A stretch of 64,000 nucleotides of DNA from Macrostomum lignano (taxonomy: Eukaryota): the NCBI GenBank assembly GCA_002269645.1, contig NIVC01000644.1, forward strand, positions 62,001 to 126,000, in the 5' to 3' direction. The position numbers were made by a program, and so were the translations under genes. Within the stretch, counting starts at the first letter, position 1. Each line of letters begins with the position of its first letter. Below the pieces are notes generated by a model that made no database searches, was not told the DNA's origin, and saw only the letters and a list, made by a program, of their open reading frames with translations. This document shows, piece after piece, positions 13,101 through 25,414 of the stretch.

Positions 13101-15478
13101 GGAGACCCAGATTGGGGAGCATCATTTAGCAGAATTCCGGGAAAATTCATCAGGGGAGACAAAGAAATTGTCTCATAAAACTCACCCAGCGCAGGTAGAG
13201 GCCACTTTGCTCATCTTCTGGCTGATTTTGCTCAAACTGCGAGCATAATTCTGCTCAAGTTCGCATCGCTCGTTCAGAACAGCGGCCAGATCCTTGCACA
13301 GGTCGTTGCCCTGCTTGATGTAGCGTTTGAGCTCCTCAAAACCGTTGGTGCCCTGGAAGTCATATGTTTTTTCGATACATATCGGCATTCTGTTGCACCC
13401 AATATATATAACCATTAAAATTGTTGGTTTTCGATACGATACATATCGGCAAAGTGTTGCACCCAATATCTAATAATAAAAATTTGTAGGTTTTCGATAC
13501 ATAGCGGAATACTGTCGATATGTCTATTGCCTATTCATTTTTGCACCCAGTGAATAACCATGAAATTGTTGGTTTTCGATACATATCGGCATACTGTTGT
13601 ATACTACACCTAACCGAACAAAAAGTCCTATCGGTACATATCGGCAAAATGTTGCACCCAATATCTAATTATACAAATTTGTAGGTTTTCGATACATATC
13701 GGCATACTTTTGCACCCAATAAATAAATAACCATGAAAATTGTTGGTTTTCGAAACATATCGGCACACTGTTGTATACTACACCTAACCAAAGTCATCGA
13801 TACATATCGACATACTGCTACATGAATACTATGCATAGCAAATAAAATCATAGCCTTATCCATACATATCGCCATAATTTTGTACCACAGTACAACTACA
13901 ACATTGTACTGTTTTTAAAGAAATATTTCGATGCATATCGGGGGACTTCTATAAGCTCCCGAAAAAAGTAGCAAAGAGGCCATAAACTGCGAATACACCA
14001 AGTGCAGGATTCAACCACAAGTTGAAACACAACTTGACCAGCTATGGGTGAAGCAGATTATTAACAGTCAGAACAGAAATGCACAAACCGAGACACGGCA
14101 CTGACTGCGCGATACTGTGAATAATATTATAACAGATTAAATAGTAATAAGAGTAAACTAAATTATTATTATAGTAGTTATTCAATCAGTCCACAGATAA
14201 GAAATCGATATTTTTGGACCAATTTTTCAACCGAAAGTTGAATTCTATCAAAACTCGAATTGGTAGTTATTTATGCGTTAGCGAAATTACGCGGGTGTAT
14301 TAGAGAGAAAAGCACAACGTGATAAAACTATTTGAACTGGTTAGCCAAGTTCAATGCGCTGGCAACATAGCAGAATGCAAGCAGGAGATTTGTCTGCCGC
14401 GAGCAGCTCGCGTGGTCCAGGTGCTGCAGTGAAGACTGTCGCGCATCTGTGAATTCCACAAGCAAATTTTGACTGCTAGAGACACGAAATCGGCTCTGCT
14501 TCTGAATTGGTGTCAGTAGTGTCTGAATTGGTGTCAGTAGTGTCTGAATTGGTGTCAGGACTGTCTGAATTGGTGTCAGTAGTGTCTGAATTGGTGTCAG
14601 TAGTGTCTGAATTGGTGTCAGTAGTGTCTGAATTGGTGTCAGGACTGTCTGAATTGGTGTCAGTAGTGTCTGAATTGGTGTCAGTAGTGTCTGAATTGGT
14701 GTCAGTAGTGTCTGAATTGGTGTCAGTAGTGTCTGAATTGGTGTCAGTAGTGTCTGAATTGGTGTCAGTAGTGTCTGAATTGGTGTCAGGACTGTCTGAA
14801 TTGGTGTCAGGACTGTCTGAATTGGTGTCAGTAGTGTCTGAATTGGTGTCAGGACTGTCTGAATTGGTGTCAGGGCTGTCTGAATTGGTGTCAGGGCTGT
14901 CTGAATTGGTGTCAGGACTGTCTGAATTGGTGTCAGGACTGTCTGAATTGGTGTCAGGGCTGTCTGAATTGGTGTCAGGGCTGTCTGAATTGGTGTCAGG
15001 ACTGTCTGAATTGGTGTCAGGGCTGTCTGAATTGGTGTCAGGGCTGTCTGAATTGGTGTCAGGACTGTCTGAATTGGTGTCAGGGCTGTCTGAATTGGTG
15101 TCAGGGCTGTCTGAATTGGTGTCAGGACTGTCTGAATTGGTGTCAGTTTATATTGGCGTCATCTATTTATTAATTTTAATTAATTATTAATTCAGCTATA
15201 TAACTTTAACCGGCGCATGGGGAGTCAGACATGTCAATGATACCCACATTACTATACTGACCGTACTTGAAAATGTCAATCAATGCAAAGCATCAATATA
15301 CATAAATTCATAACCGGACACTCACCTTGCGCATGTAGAACAGGTTCTCGTCCACACTGGGCAGTCCTGGGGACATTTTCAGAAACCCGAGAGGATTTCG
15401 CAGCCTGCTGGGTTGCGGCGAGGACCTGGCTGAGGAGGAATTGAAACTCAGAGAGCGTCGCTTGAGTGCAGCCTGCAT
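4104..15478 (-). CDS. NOSTRIN: NOSTRIN-like F-BAR + HR1-like coil + SH3 protein, about 623 aa; exons 15478-15326, 13352-13186, 13089-12945, 11445-11248, 8347-8231, 7072-6863, 6367-6020, 5612-5319, 4343-4104
   Basis: Nine exons join in frame with GT-AG sites. F-BAR start GFEELKRYIKQGNDLCKDLAAVLNERCELEQNYARSL; YYDACFRAELARLEWE; EDLNNPMDKGRR..GKEGVEKLLGVY..FSD..FLEANQYKL resembles recalled NOSTRIN; C-terminal SH3 [50 protein letters not shown]. In-frame stop upstream of ATG 15478. Confidence 0.88.
4390..5308. repeat. (tgag)-based micro/minisatellite (gtgagtgggtca) in last NOSTRIN intron
   Basis: Tandem repeat visible between exons 4343 and 5319. Confidence 0.95.
5720..5995. repeat. Degenerate 42-bp minisatellite rich in (c)catagcaac / ctagtaac
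   Basis: Two to three near-complete units plus decayed flanks in intron 5613-6019. Confidence 0.8.
6385..6848. repeat. 23-bp minisatellite ggattctcctatgtacattgact (NOSTRIN intron)
   Basis: About 20 tandem units. Confidence 0.95.
7135..7630. repeat. Degenerate AT-rich tandem repeat (ttaacgattatcgataattaactatc), palindromic core
   Basis: Recurrent attatcgataat core at roughly regular spacing. Confidence 0.75.
7975..8200. repeat. 42-bp minisatellite cattgacaacggctcactagccttagcaaccgtgaatgttta next to the exon-5 donor
   Basis: Five tandem units. Confidence 0.93.
8475..10075. repeat. 31-bp minisatellite gatgtacattggagtgggactgggtgtgaat
   Basis: About 50 highly homogeneous units; the 538-567 aa ORFs are artefacts. 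Confidence 0.97.
10340..11245. repeat. 29-bp minisatellite caaaacaggctgagcagggaaaattatcc, running up to the exon-4 donor
   Basis: About 31 tandem units. Confidence 0.97.
11495..12925. repeat. 22-bp A/C-rich minisatellite cacacaaaaccacaaatccatt
   Basis: About 65 units in intron 11446-12944. Confidence 0.96.
13365..13945. repeat. Degenerate repeat with core tttcgatacatatcggca in NOSTRIN intron 1
   Basis: Roughly eight spaced copies with shared ttgcacccaat linkers. Confidence 0.8.
14503..15146. repeat. 21-bp minisatellite tctgaattggtgtcagtagtg / tctgaattggtgtcaggactg
   Basis: About 30 units with a polar variant gradient; ORF 14507-15190 is an artefact. Confidence 0.97.
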
Positions 15479-17893
15479 AGGGGCCCTCCTAGAGCAGCGC
15501 TACTCAATTCTTCTATGGTCTCAGGAGGTGATGCGGCACCATGTACAGAACTCCTAGCCCAGCAAGTGGCATGGCTTGTCAAAGCATGCTAGCTGCAGTG
15601 TATGAAGTAGAATGTGAAGTGAGTTTCTTCAATTTGAATGACACAGTTTTCGAATCGAATGGGCACCCTGCCACAATGCCTTTAGTGACATTGTGTCCCA
15701 CAACTAGTGCTAAGGCAATTCTGCCTATTTTGCCAATTTTTGAGCATATACAAGCCAATAAATATTGTATACAGACATATACTCATACACAAGGTATATA
15801 CCAGCCTTTATTTTCTCATTGTCAATCATATAAACTCTGTGCTTTGGCCCTCATGGTTGAATTAGCTGAGAATTAATATGGTTATACATATTGACTACTG
15901 ACTATTAGCAATAAAATCATACTAAAGGTTATGGCTTAATAGTCTAATATATTTAACACTAAGCTGCTATGCCTTTTAATAGGACCATAAGTAAGTTTAA
16001 TAACCTTATATGCTTTGATTTAAGGTTATATCAATTGTTTAGGGTTGAATGGGATTCCACCTTATCCCTACTCAGACTTTAACAAAATTTAGTAGGTTAT
16101 ATAAATAAAAAATAACAGTTAAAGCATATAAATCAAACAACCAATGAAAGAGTTGAAATCTTTAATAAACAACTATAATATTTTATATACTTAAGCCTAG
16201 AAGAGTTAATTATTTAGAATGCAAATATATATATGCATATACTATAGTCTAGATCATGATAGACATATGCTAGAGTAAAAATTTAGTTTATTAATTCTAT
16301 ACCAATATAAATAAAAAACAAAGCCAAAAGTATTGTTGTTGGTAACAATCCACTTTGGTAACAAAACATGACCACTTTAGTAACAGCCAATTCAGTAACT
16401 AGTACAAATAACAGTATGTAATAATTGATATGTTCCAAAACAAACTTTAAAAAAACAACAAAACACATGCATAGCGTATGTATATTTGCTTAACTTGTTT
16501 ATCTAAGTGTTTAAACTGATCTATTTAATTTCCATATAAGTCAAATGCATGCATTGAGACATCCTGTAATTGACCAAATATTGTGTACATTTGAATCTCT
16601 GAGTAAGCAAATAGTGACTTAAAATTACAAAATCTACCTTTTTTATTAATTATTTTAAATATTTAATTTTAATATATACTTTGCAAGCTCAGGGACTTTG
16701 CTTAATTTTCTTTGCCTTCAAATTTATCACAAAGTCAATGCGCAAGTTTAAACTAATTATAATATAGTTTACTAAAACACTTAGCTATATATAGAAATAC
16801 AATATTTGAGATGTTAATTAATAAACTAAATTTTACTAAATTTAATTACTATAGAAATAGTTTTAATAGTCATAAATCTACGTTGTTACCAAAGTGGCTA
16901 ATACCAAAGCAGCTTGTATTCCAGTTGTTTACATACTAACTTTTTATAATTATATTCGTTTAGAAACAAGGGAGTTTTATATTATTGTTAGATGAGTTGG
17001 TAGCAAACAATTTGGTAGTAGACAAAGTGACTAGAACCTTGACATTATAATAATAAATAGAAAAAATTGGATTAATCATAAGGCTAAAATATATTTATTA
17101 TTCCTGATTGTTTATTAGGCAAAGGAATAATTAACTCTCTTATTTATATATAATGCCATAAAGGGATAATAGGCAAAAATTATGAATAATAAAATTATAT
17201 ATACTTTATATAATATTATAGTATATAAATATTCATAATAATAATATATAATACAGTTTCTTTTATTTATAACCAAATTCAATTTAATACTAACAATAGT
17301 AACTAATCAAAAGGGCAACAAATCAAAAGGGCAACAGTTAAAATGGTGATAGTCAAGAGTGATAGTCAAAAAGGTGACAGTCATAACAATTATAAGTCTA
17401 CATGTACATGTATAATAGACATAATGAGTTTTCATTTTTAGCACAAAGTTGTTATTGCTTTTAGTCTAGACTCAATGAGTCAATGCTAATTTTTTTATTT
17501 GTTCTGCCTTTCTTATAGGTCTATTGGTGTAGGACCAAGACCACCACACACCAAGACTGCCACACTTGGGGGAGAGGGAGCTAGGGGGGAGGAATTTGGC
17601 TCGCTATGTTATTGGATAGTGCTGAGGAAGGTGAGATGGGGAGAGCCAGCAAGACAAGGCCACAAGAGAGGAACTAGTAAGTGGGCCAGGTGGGTGAGTG
17701 AGCCAGGCTCCTCATTTTTCATTCAATTTGAATTGTTAAAATTGCCCTGGTTGACTTGCAATCATTTTAGGCCACTTATTCATCTTATTAATGACCAATC
17801 TTGGGACACTTCCTCCTCATCTAACTCTACAACCCATCATAACCAATAGCAATGCTGGAAGATTGGTAGCTCCTCCTTGATTCCAGTAGCCAA

Positions 17894-18289
17894 TAGAGGT
17901 CGGATGGGATTGAAATCTTTGGGCAAGATCGGGATTGAGAATAATTTTTTTCTTGGGATCAGGATTCGGGAATTGGGATCAGGTCTTTTAGTATATTGTA
18001 GCTTGTAGGTCCATATAAAGTTAAACAAAATTGAGCTAAAATGTCAAGATCAAAAAGTAGAATACAATAAAATTTATGCAAAGTTTTGTAACCAACAAAT
18101 TAATAATGTAATTAGTACAAGGTAAAACAAAATACATTCAAGTAATCACTAATTTGATAAATTTTTAATCAAAAGACCTGTTCCCATTTCTTGTGTTTTT
18201 TAGGGTTGGGATTCTAGTCTCGCAAGAATCCAATTTTCCTTGGGATCCCGAGATTTTGGGATCAGGATCAGGATCCCGTCCAACCTCTA
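17894..18289. mobile_element. hAT-type MITE, about 396 bp
   Basis: 17-bp TIR tagaggtcggatgggat / atcccgtccaacctcta (2 mismatches); 8-bp TSD gtagccaa / atagccaa; internal gggatc subterminal repeats. Confidence 0.8.
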
Positions 18290-18678
18290 ATAGCCAATTA
18301 AGAGCTGTGGTAGTCTTGGTATATGGCAGTCTAAGTCTTGGTTATAGCGCCGGTCTATTGATATTCATAAAGCTTATCAATAGTCAGCTAAGAATCATAA
18401 AATAGATTGCAAATTCATATTACTGCTACTTGTAAATTTTAACAAAGTTAACAAATCACACACATAAGTCTGAAGTCTAGGCCTAATTTTAACTATTTGT
18501 ACATTTTAACAAATATATTTTAAACACATAGAAGTCTAAGGTGAACTTGTAATTGTAATTTATATATTATAATTTTTGTCCTTCTGACTGTGTTTGTGGC
18601 CCTTTTGACTGTCACCCTTTTGACCTATAGCCCATCCCAATAATTAGTTATACCAAAAAGGCATGTTTGGGCCCTTGG

Positions 18679-18852
18679 GCACAACCTTGGGATTCACTCG
18701 GCTATTTCTATTGGTAACACACACACACACACACACATGTAAGTCACTATTGGATAGAATAGTAGTCACATTATTGCTCTCAGCCAATAGCGACTTATAT
18801 CTACATGTATGTGTTGCCAATAGAAATGGCTGGGTAATTCCCAAGGTTGCGC
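18679..18852. mobile_element. Foldback MITE, about 175 bp, with (ca)n core
   Basis: About 42-bp imperfect TIR (gcacaaccttgggattcactcggctatttctattggtaacac vs gtgttgccaatagaaatggctgggtaattcccaaggttgcgc) plus inner taagtcactattgg / ccaatagcgactta; no clear TSD. Confidence 0.7.
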
Positions 18853-20494
18853 ATATATACAAAAAGGGCTTTTTAAGCTAAGCAATCATGAATCAATAAC
18901 TAATAGACATAAAAACCTTTAAACATAAAAAATGAATTATTGTATTTGTAAGTTAGCTACTTATAATTATGCATTGAATTTGATTTAGATTTATGAATAA
19001 GAAATTTTAGACCTAGAATAGTCTAAAACTAAAGCATGACTATTTTCACTGGAAAAGCATATACATGTATTTTTACTTTAGATTTAACTTTGCACTTGTA
19101 GTTGTACTCAATAATATATCAATGACTAACGTCTAACTATCCTAAATTGATACTACTAACTATGCATGACACTGACAGTACAGTGGTCATTTTAATGTGA
19201 TTGAGATGTGATGATAATGTTTAATATCTAATATCTAAAGTTGATTTGTTAATACTCTTTCAAATAATATTTAAAAAGAACTGGTTCAGTCACCATCCAC
19301 GCCGTTTTGGATTTCAGGCTTGCTTTTTAGGCCTGTTAGTGTTAAGCTTCTTCGGACTTAAGTATTCGTTTTACTCCAACTGCCCCTTAAAATCAAATGC
19401 AATGAATCCGCAAATGCACGATATGTGCGCATTAAATTGTGAATAAATACATATAAATTACGAAGTACCAAGCTAATGATTTTAAAATTAGCACTGTGAC
19501 TGTGACTATCCATAAATCCATAATCTATCCATGGATTCCATGCCATCCAATCTAACGGACCTAACTGCTTCACTTAATTTCTAGTAAAATACACATTTCG
19601 TACACATTAAAAACATGATAAATTTTTAGGTGCAGTAAAACACAGTATACAACCACTGTATTTTTACGCTTAATTATTTGTATTCTAAATAAACTTATTC
19701 ACTATTTGCGTAAACCAAACATTACGAGCATCTAAATACGCTTTTGCGCTGAAATTTAGGATTTTATGTAGAGACTTGCACGTAACATGTAGCCTACTAC
19801 AACAGCTTCTACCACTCCCCTTGCGACTCCATACAACTAGTAGTTCGTTTCAAACGCACAGCACGCTTTGTTTCTAGAAATAATCCCAACAAAAGCAGAC
19901 GAAAACGCGAACTTTTTTGATTAGTTTTATACCTCAAGAGAGAAAATAGCGGAGCGATTGAATCAAATATATATGATTTATTTAGTTAGCTAAGTCGAGT
20001 AAACCAGCGCGATGGTTAATAGCATAGGGCAGAAGGAAACAAATAAGTTAGAAATTAGCGGATGTGGGAACGCGAAAAAATAGAACAAACAAACATTAAA
20101 TAATTAAACAGACAAAATGTTGTTAGACAAAAAATTTCAAGCCTTTTCTAGCTTTTTAGAGTGAAAAAAGTATAAAATATGATTTCATTATTTAAATTCA
20201 AATTGAAACAAAACGAACAAAGTATGCTAGGATTTGCTGTTTGGCAGCGAAGCGGCAAAACACCGCCAGAATAATGGGCATCTGGCTACAAAAAAATAAG
20301 TATAAATAACCAAATACGAAATTACGCTAGGAGTGAAACTAGGCAGCCGAAGCAGTTTTCATGAGCAAGAAGCTGCGTGTAGTTAATTAGTTCGATTCAA
20401 TACGATTATAGGGTAAGCACATTAGAATAGCGAAACAGCTTTTAGGAGTAAAAACCTAGGCTGTAAGTGATATGCTTGGCGGGATTAATAATAG

Positions 20495-22045
20495 GGACAT
20501 CATATTCCCGATTGGGATAATTATTAATTAGCTATGGGATCTCAATATTCCCGATTGGGATAATTATTAATTAGCTATGGGATCTCAATATTCCCGATTG
20601 GGATAATTATTAATTAGCTATGGGATCTCAAATTCCCGATTGGGATAATTATTAATTAGCTATGGGATCTCAAATACCCGATTGGGATAATTATTAATTA
20701 GCTATGGGATCTCAAGATTCCCGATTGGGAGAATTATTAATTAGCTATGGGATCTCAAATTCCCGATTGGGAGAATTATTAATTAGCTATGGGATCTCAA
20801 TATTCCCGATTGGGAGAATTATTAATTAGCTATGGGATCTCAAGATTCCCGATTGGGAGAATTATTAATTAGCTATGGGATCTCAAATTCCCGATTGGGA
20901 TAATTATTAATTAGCTATGGGATCTCAAATTCCCGATTGGGATAATTATTAATTAGCTATGGGATCTCAAGATTCCCGATTGGGAGAATTATTAATTAGC
21001 TATGGGATCTCAAATTCCCGATTGGGAGAATTATTAATTAGCTATGGGATCTCAAATTCCCGATTGGGAGAATTATTAATTAGCTATGGGATCTCAAATT
21101 CCCGATTGGGAGAATTATTAATTAGCTATGGGATCTCAATATTCCCGATTGGGAGAATTATTAATTAGCTATGGGATCTCAATATTCCCGATTGGGATAA
21201 TTATTAATTAGCTATGGGATCTCAATATTCCCGATTGGGAGAATTATTAATTAGCTATGGGATCTCAATATTCCCGATTGGGATAATTATTAATTAGCTA
21301 TGGGATCTCAAATTCCCGATTGGGATAATTATTAAATAGCTATGGGATCTCAAATTCCCGATTGGGATAATTATTAATTAGCTATGGGATCTCAAGATTC
21401 CCGATTGGGAGAATTATTAATTAGCTATGGGATCTCAAATTCCCGATTGGGATAATTATTAATTAGCTATGGGATCTCAAATTCCCGATTGGGAGAATTA
21501 TTAATTAGCTATGGGATCTCAATATTCCCGATTGGGAGAATTATTAATTAGCTATGGGATCTCAATATTCCCGATTGGGAGAATTATTAATTAGCTATGG
21601 GATCTCAATATTCCCGATTGGGAGAATTATTAATTAGCTATGGGATCTCAAGATTCCCGATTGGGAGAATTATTAATTAGCTATGGGATCTCAATATTCC
21701 CGATTGGGAGAATTATTAATTAGCTATGGGATCTCAAGATTCCCGATTGGGAGAATTATTAATTAGCTATGGGATCTCAAATTCCCGATTGGGAGAATTA
21801 TTAATTAGCTATGGGATCTCAATATTCCCGATTGGGAGAATTATTAATTAGCTATGGGATCTCAAATTCCCGATTGGGATAATTATTAAATAGCTATGGG
21901 ATCTCAAATTCCCGATTGGGAGAATTATTAATTAGCTATGGGATCTCAATATTCCCGATTGGGAGAATTATTAATTAGCTATGGGATCTCAAATTCCCGA
22001 TTGGGAGAATTATTAATTAGCTATGGGATCTCAGTACCCGATGGG
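20495..22045. repeat. 42-43 bp minisatellite gggatctcaaattcccgattgggagaattattaattagctat
   Basis: About 36 units. Confidence 0.97.
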
Positions 22046-22726
22046 GATAGTAGTCAAGTAAAATCGAGCACATTAGCAATGGAAAACAAATAACACGAGC
22101 AGCCGAAGCAAAGGCCGAACACAGAACAAAGAGTTGTTAGCAACAGGCGATGGTGAAAATACAGGGTAGCATTGAGGGCATTTCAGATACCCATCCAGCT
22201 TGAAGCTTACGCGCGAGCCAAGGAAGATTAGGATGGGAAAAAATCAGTCACAATGTCTGCGATGCGTCCCTGATTTCTGAATTAGCTTTGGTTAATGTCA
22301 TTAGTACTAATAGCATACATTATTAGATGCAGGCCGCTTCAAAGGAACTCACTTTAATGACACTTTGAAAGCGAGGTGAAACTCGAGAGCAGCTCATATT
22401 TACAAAAAAGTGAATTTGTCAGGACAAAACACGACTCACTGCAGGTGCGGTTGATATGACGGTGTTGCCATGATTTGTGTCTTCTGTTAGAAATAACTGA
22501 AGCTTGGTAATGAGAGGCTTGGAGCACGCGGCCAAATAAACAAGGAAAAAATAAACAGAATCAACAAGTGGGAACATACAGAATAGAAGATAGCAGAATA
22601 AGCAATAATTTTATAAATTCAAGCCATATTCTTTGTCCAAAACTGCGACAAAGGCATGCCGGGCGAGTCGCAGCGAGTGAGCGTTTAAATTTTTTCCTCA
22701 GGTCTTTGAACATCGGCATCAGGCAA

Positions 22727-23572
22727 TAAACAGCCCTCAGAATCAGGCAATAAACAGCCCTCAGAATCAGGCAATAAACAGCCCTCAGAATCAGGCAATA
22801 AACAGCCCTCAGAATCAGGCAATAAACAGCCCTCAGAATCAGGCAATAAACAGCCCTCAGAATCAGGCAATAAACAGCCCTCAGAATCAGGCAATAAACA
22901 GCCCTCAGAATCAGGCAATAAACAGCCCTCAGAATCAGGCAATAAACAGCCCTCAGAATCAGGCAATAAACAGTCCCCAGAATCAGCTCTAAACAGTCCT
23001 CAGAATCAGCTCTAAACAGTCCTCAGAATCAGCTCTAAACAGTCCTCAGAATCAACTCTAAACAGTCCTCAGAATCAGCTCTAAACAGGCCTCAGAATCA
23101 GGCAATAAACAGCCCTCAGAATCAGGCAATAAACAGCCCTCAGAATCAGGCAATAAACAGCCCTCAGAATCAGGCAATAAACAGCCCTCAGAATCAGGCA
23201 ATAAACAGTCCCCAGAATCAGCTCTAAACAGTCCTCAGAATCAGCTCTAAACAGTCCTCAGAATCAGCTCTAAACAGTCCTCAGAATCAACTCTAAACAG
23301 TCCTCAGAATCAGCTCTAAACAGGCCTCAGAATCAGCTCTAAACAGTCCTCAGAATCAGCTCTAAACAGTCCTCAGAATCAACTCTAAACAGTCCTCAGA
23401 ATCAGCTCTAAACAGTCCTCAGAATCAACTCTAAACAGTCCTCAGAATCAACTCTAAACAGTCCTCAGAATCAACTCTAAACAGTCCTCAGAATCAGCTC
23501 TAAACAGGCCTCAGAATCAGCTCTAAACAGTCCTCAGAATCAGCTCTAAACAGTCCTCAGAATCAGCTCTAA
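22727..23572. repeat. Two-variant 24/23-bp minisatellite (caggcaataaacagccctcagaat; cagctctaaacagtcctcagaat) in blocks A-B-A-B
   Basis: Tandem units with a higher-order block duplication. Confidence 0.96.
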
Positions 23573-24304
23573 AGTGATCTCACTAGCGAGCTCAACCTCG
23601 GCAAGTCCCTGATACGGAAATCAGCACGAGAAGTAAAAAAAAACAAGAGCATGCAAAATATAACAAAAAAACGATTTGTTTTACAGACAATCGAAGGAAT
23701 TCAAGCTACTTAATAAAACGGGAAGTAGTATAGTGCGCAAACGTGTACAAAAAATCAGAGCGGCAAAGTACAAATTAAAAATGTAGAACTCTGCTCAAGA
23801 GCAGCAGACAAGCGATCCCTGATAGTCTGCCAGACCACATCGCGGTTAAAGCACAAAATAAGTCCCTCTGTGGCAAAAAATGTGTGAAAATAAATAAAAA
23901 ACACAATAATAGGCCTGATTAGACCTGCCGCTTATTGTTGTGTTGAGCACAATAGCGAACAGGAATCTTAATGCACAATAGGCATACCTGATCAATGTTG
24001 TACATTGGAGCATTAGCAAAATAGTGGGTAACACAAACAATGATAATAATGATGATGATAGTGATTATTCATGTCGAACCTGCGCACCTATGAAGGAATC
24101 TAAACGGATTATTGGGCGCTTAAATTTATGATTACAGCAAAATAGAATCGATCGCTCTAGTGACTACTGACGCTCAGCGGCGGTATAAGTAGTATCATTG
24201 GCAATGGAGTAATGAATTATGAAACGCGGCACTGCTATGGGGTTTCTGAAACACGAGTTAAGCAAACACAGCTGGGTTAGCCATAATGAGACCGTGTTCT
24301 ACTG

Positions 24305-24590
24305 GATGACTAAGCCTATGACTAAGCCCGCATTCAAATGACTAAGCTCATGAGTAAGCCCGCATTCAATGAATAAGCCTATGACTAAGCCCGCATTCAA
24401 ATGACTAAGCTCATGAGTAAGCCCGCATTCAATGAATAAGCCTATGACTAAGCCCGCATTCAAATGACTAAGCTCATGAGTAAGCCCGCATTCAAATGAC
24501 TAAGCTCATGAGTAAGCCCGCATTCAAATGACTAAGCTCATGAGTAAGCCCGCATTCAAATGACTAAGCCCAGTTGCATAAGCCCGTGTT
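24305..24590. repeat. About 32-bp minisatellite atgactaagctcatgagtaagcccgcattcaa
   Basis: About 8 units. Confidence 0.9.
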
Positions 24591-25072
24591 TAAAAAACTT
24601 TCGCCAGGGGCAAAACAAACAAAAGCAGGCAGTAAAACATCAGGGAGTTCCGTGAAAAGACGGCGCCCATCAGAGGCGCAGACAGTTAAACAATTCTAAA
24701 TGATTTTTGGCAACTCAGACACTGAAAGATGTGCGCTGGGCATAATTAGGAAAACACGTATGCTCAGTCAGCAATAGCAGGTCCCAGCCGAAATCCAAGC
24801 TCAAATTCGTCAAAGTATTTATGATGATAATGTCAGAGCGCCCTGAGTCTCGCGCATTCACAAAATTAAACAACTATTCGGTAAAAGCGAAAAAGCAATT
24901 CAGCATTATAAATAATAAATTAACTATTAATGATGGCTTCAATTTTACACACTCGAAGATACTACTGCTATCAACAGAGTAGTGTCATGCGCCAAAATGG
25001 AGCAAAGCCGGAAAAAAAAATTTACCAAAACAGAGCGAATTTTTGTAGCAATAAGAAATGACTTCGTCTGCT

Positions 25073-25080
25073 TGAGGTAG
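25073..25080 (-). promoter_or_regulatory. let-7 8mer target site in the lin-41 3' UTR
   Basis: + strand tgaggtagtcggt equals let-7 nt 1-9 and 11-13; 335 nt downstream of the stop. Confidence 0.75.
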
Positions 25081-25414
25081 TCGGTAAGCCGAAGCAGGAA
25101 CAAGAAGATGACGGCTTCTATCTGGCTCAGCTAGCTGAGAACTACCAGCACGAACTCAATCCCGGCTGCACCACTGAACGGAAACCAAACTCAGCTCTGA
25201 GGTCATTTGAGGTCAACTTTGAAGCTTTTGTAATAACAAAACTATTACTGATACTAACCAATGCCAACTCTGCTTAACTTTGGGTTCGGGTTTGGTGCAG
25301 CAAGGAGAGAGAGAGAGCAAATCAAAGCTCAAGTGAACCCAAAATCAAGCTTGACAGCAGCAGCAATAAAAAATCCCTGAAGTTGAGCAGCGAATGCTGG
25401 AAAAGACAGGCAGC

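Larger units (their letters stand above)
22267..25380 (-). promoter_or_regulatory. Cluster of five miR-125/lin-4 seed matches in the putative lin-41 3' UTR
   Basis: + strand tccctga at 22267, 23606, 23816 and 25374 (7mer-A1); ccctgag at 24841 (7mer-m8). UTR extent is not established. Confidence 0.6.

Noticed and set aside
13435-13441. TA-CGA-TA as an opposite-orientation footprint
   Set aside because: Equally explained by tandem duplication of cgata within the repeat core.
17300-18635. Inverted tcaaaagggtgacag motifs enclosing an exon-like GC-richer island (17519-17630)
   Set aside because: Ends are too diverged, there is no TSD and the peptide is unrecognisable; probably old TE debris.
25195-25216. 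Two tgaggtc motifs as extra let-7 sites
   Set aside because: Mismatch at seed position 7.
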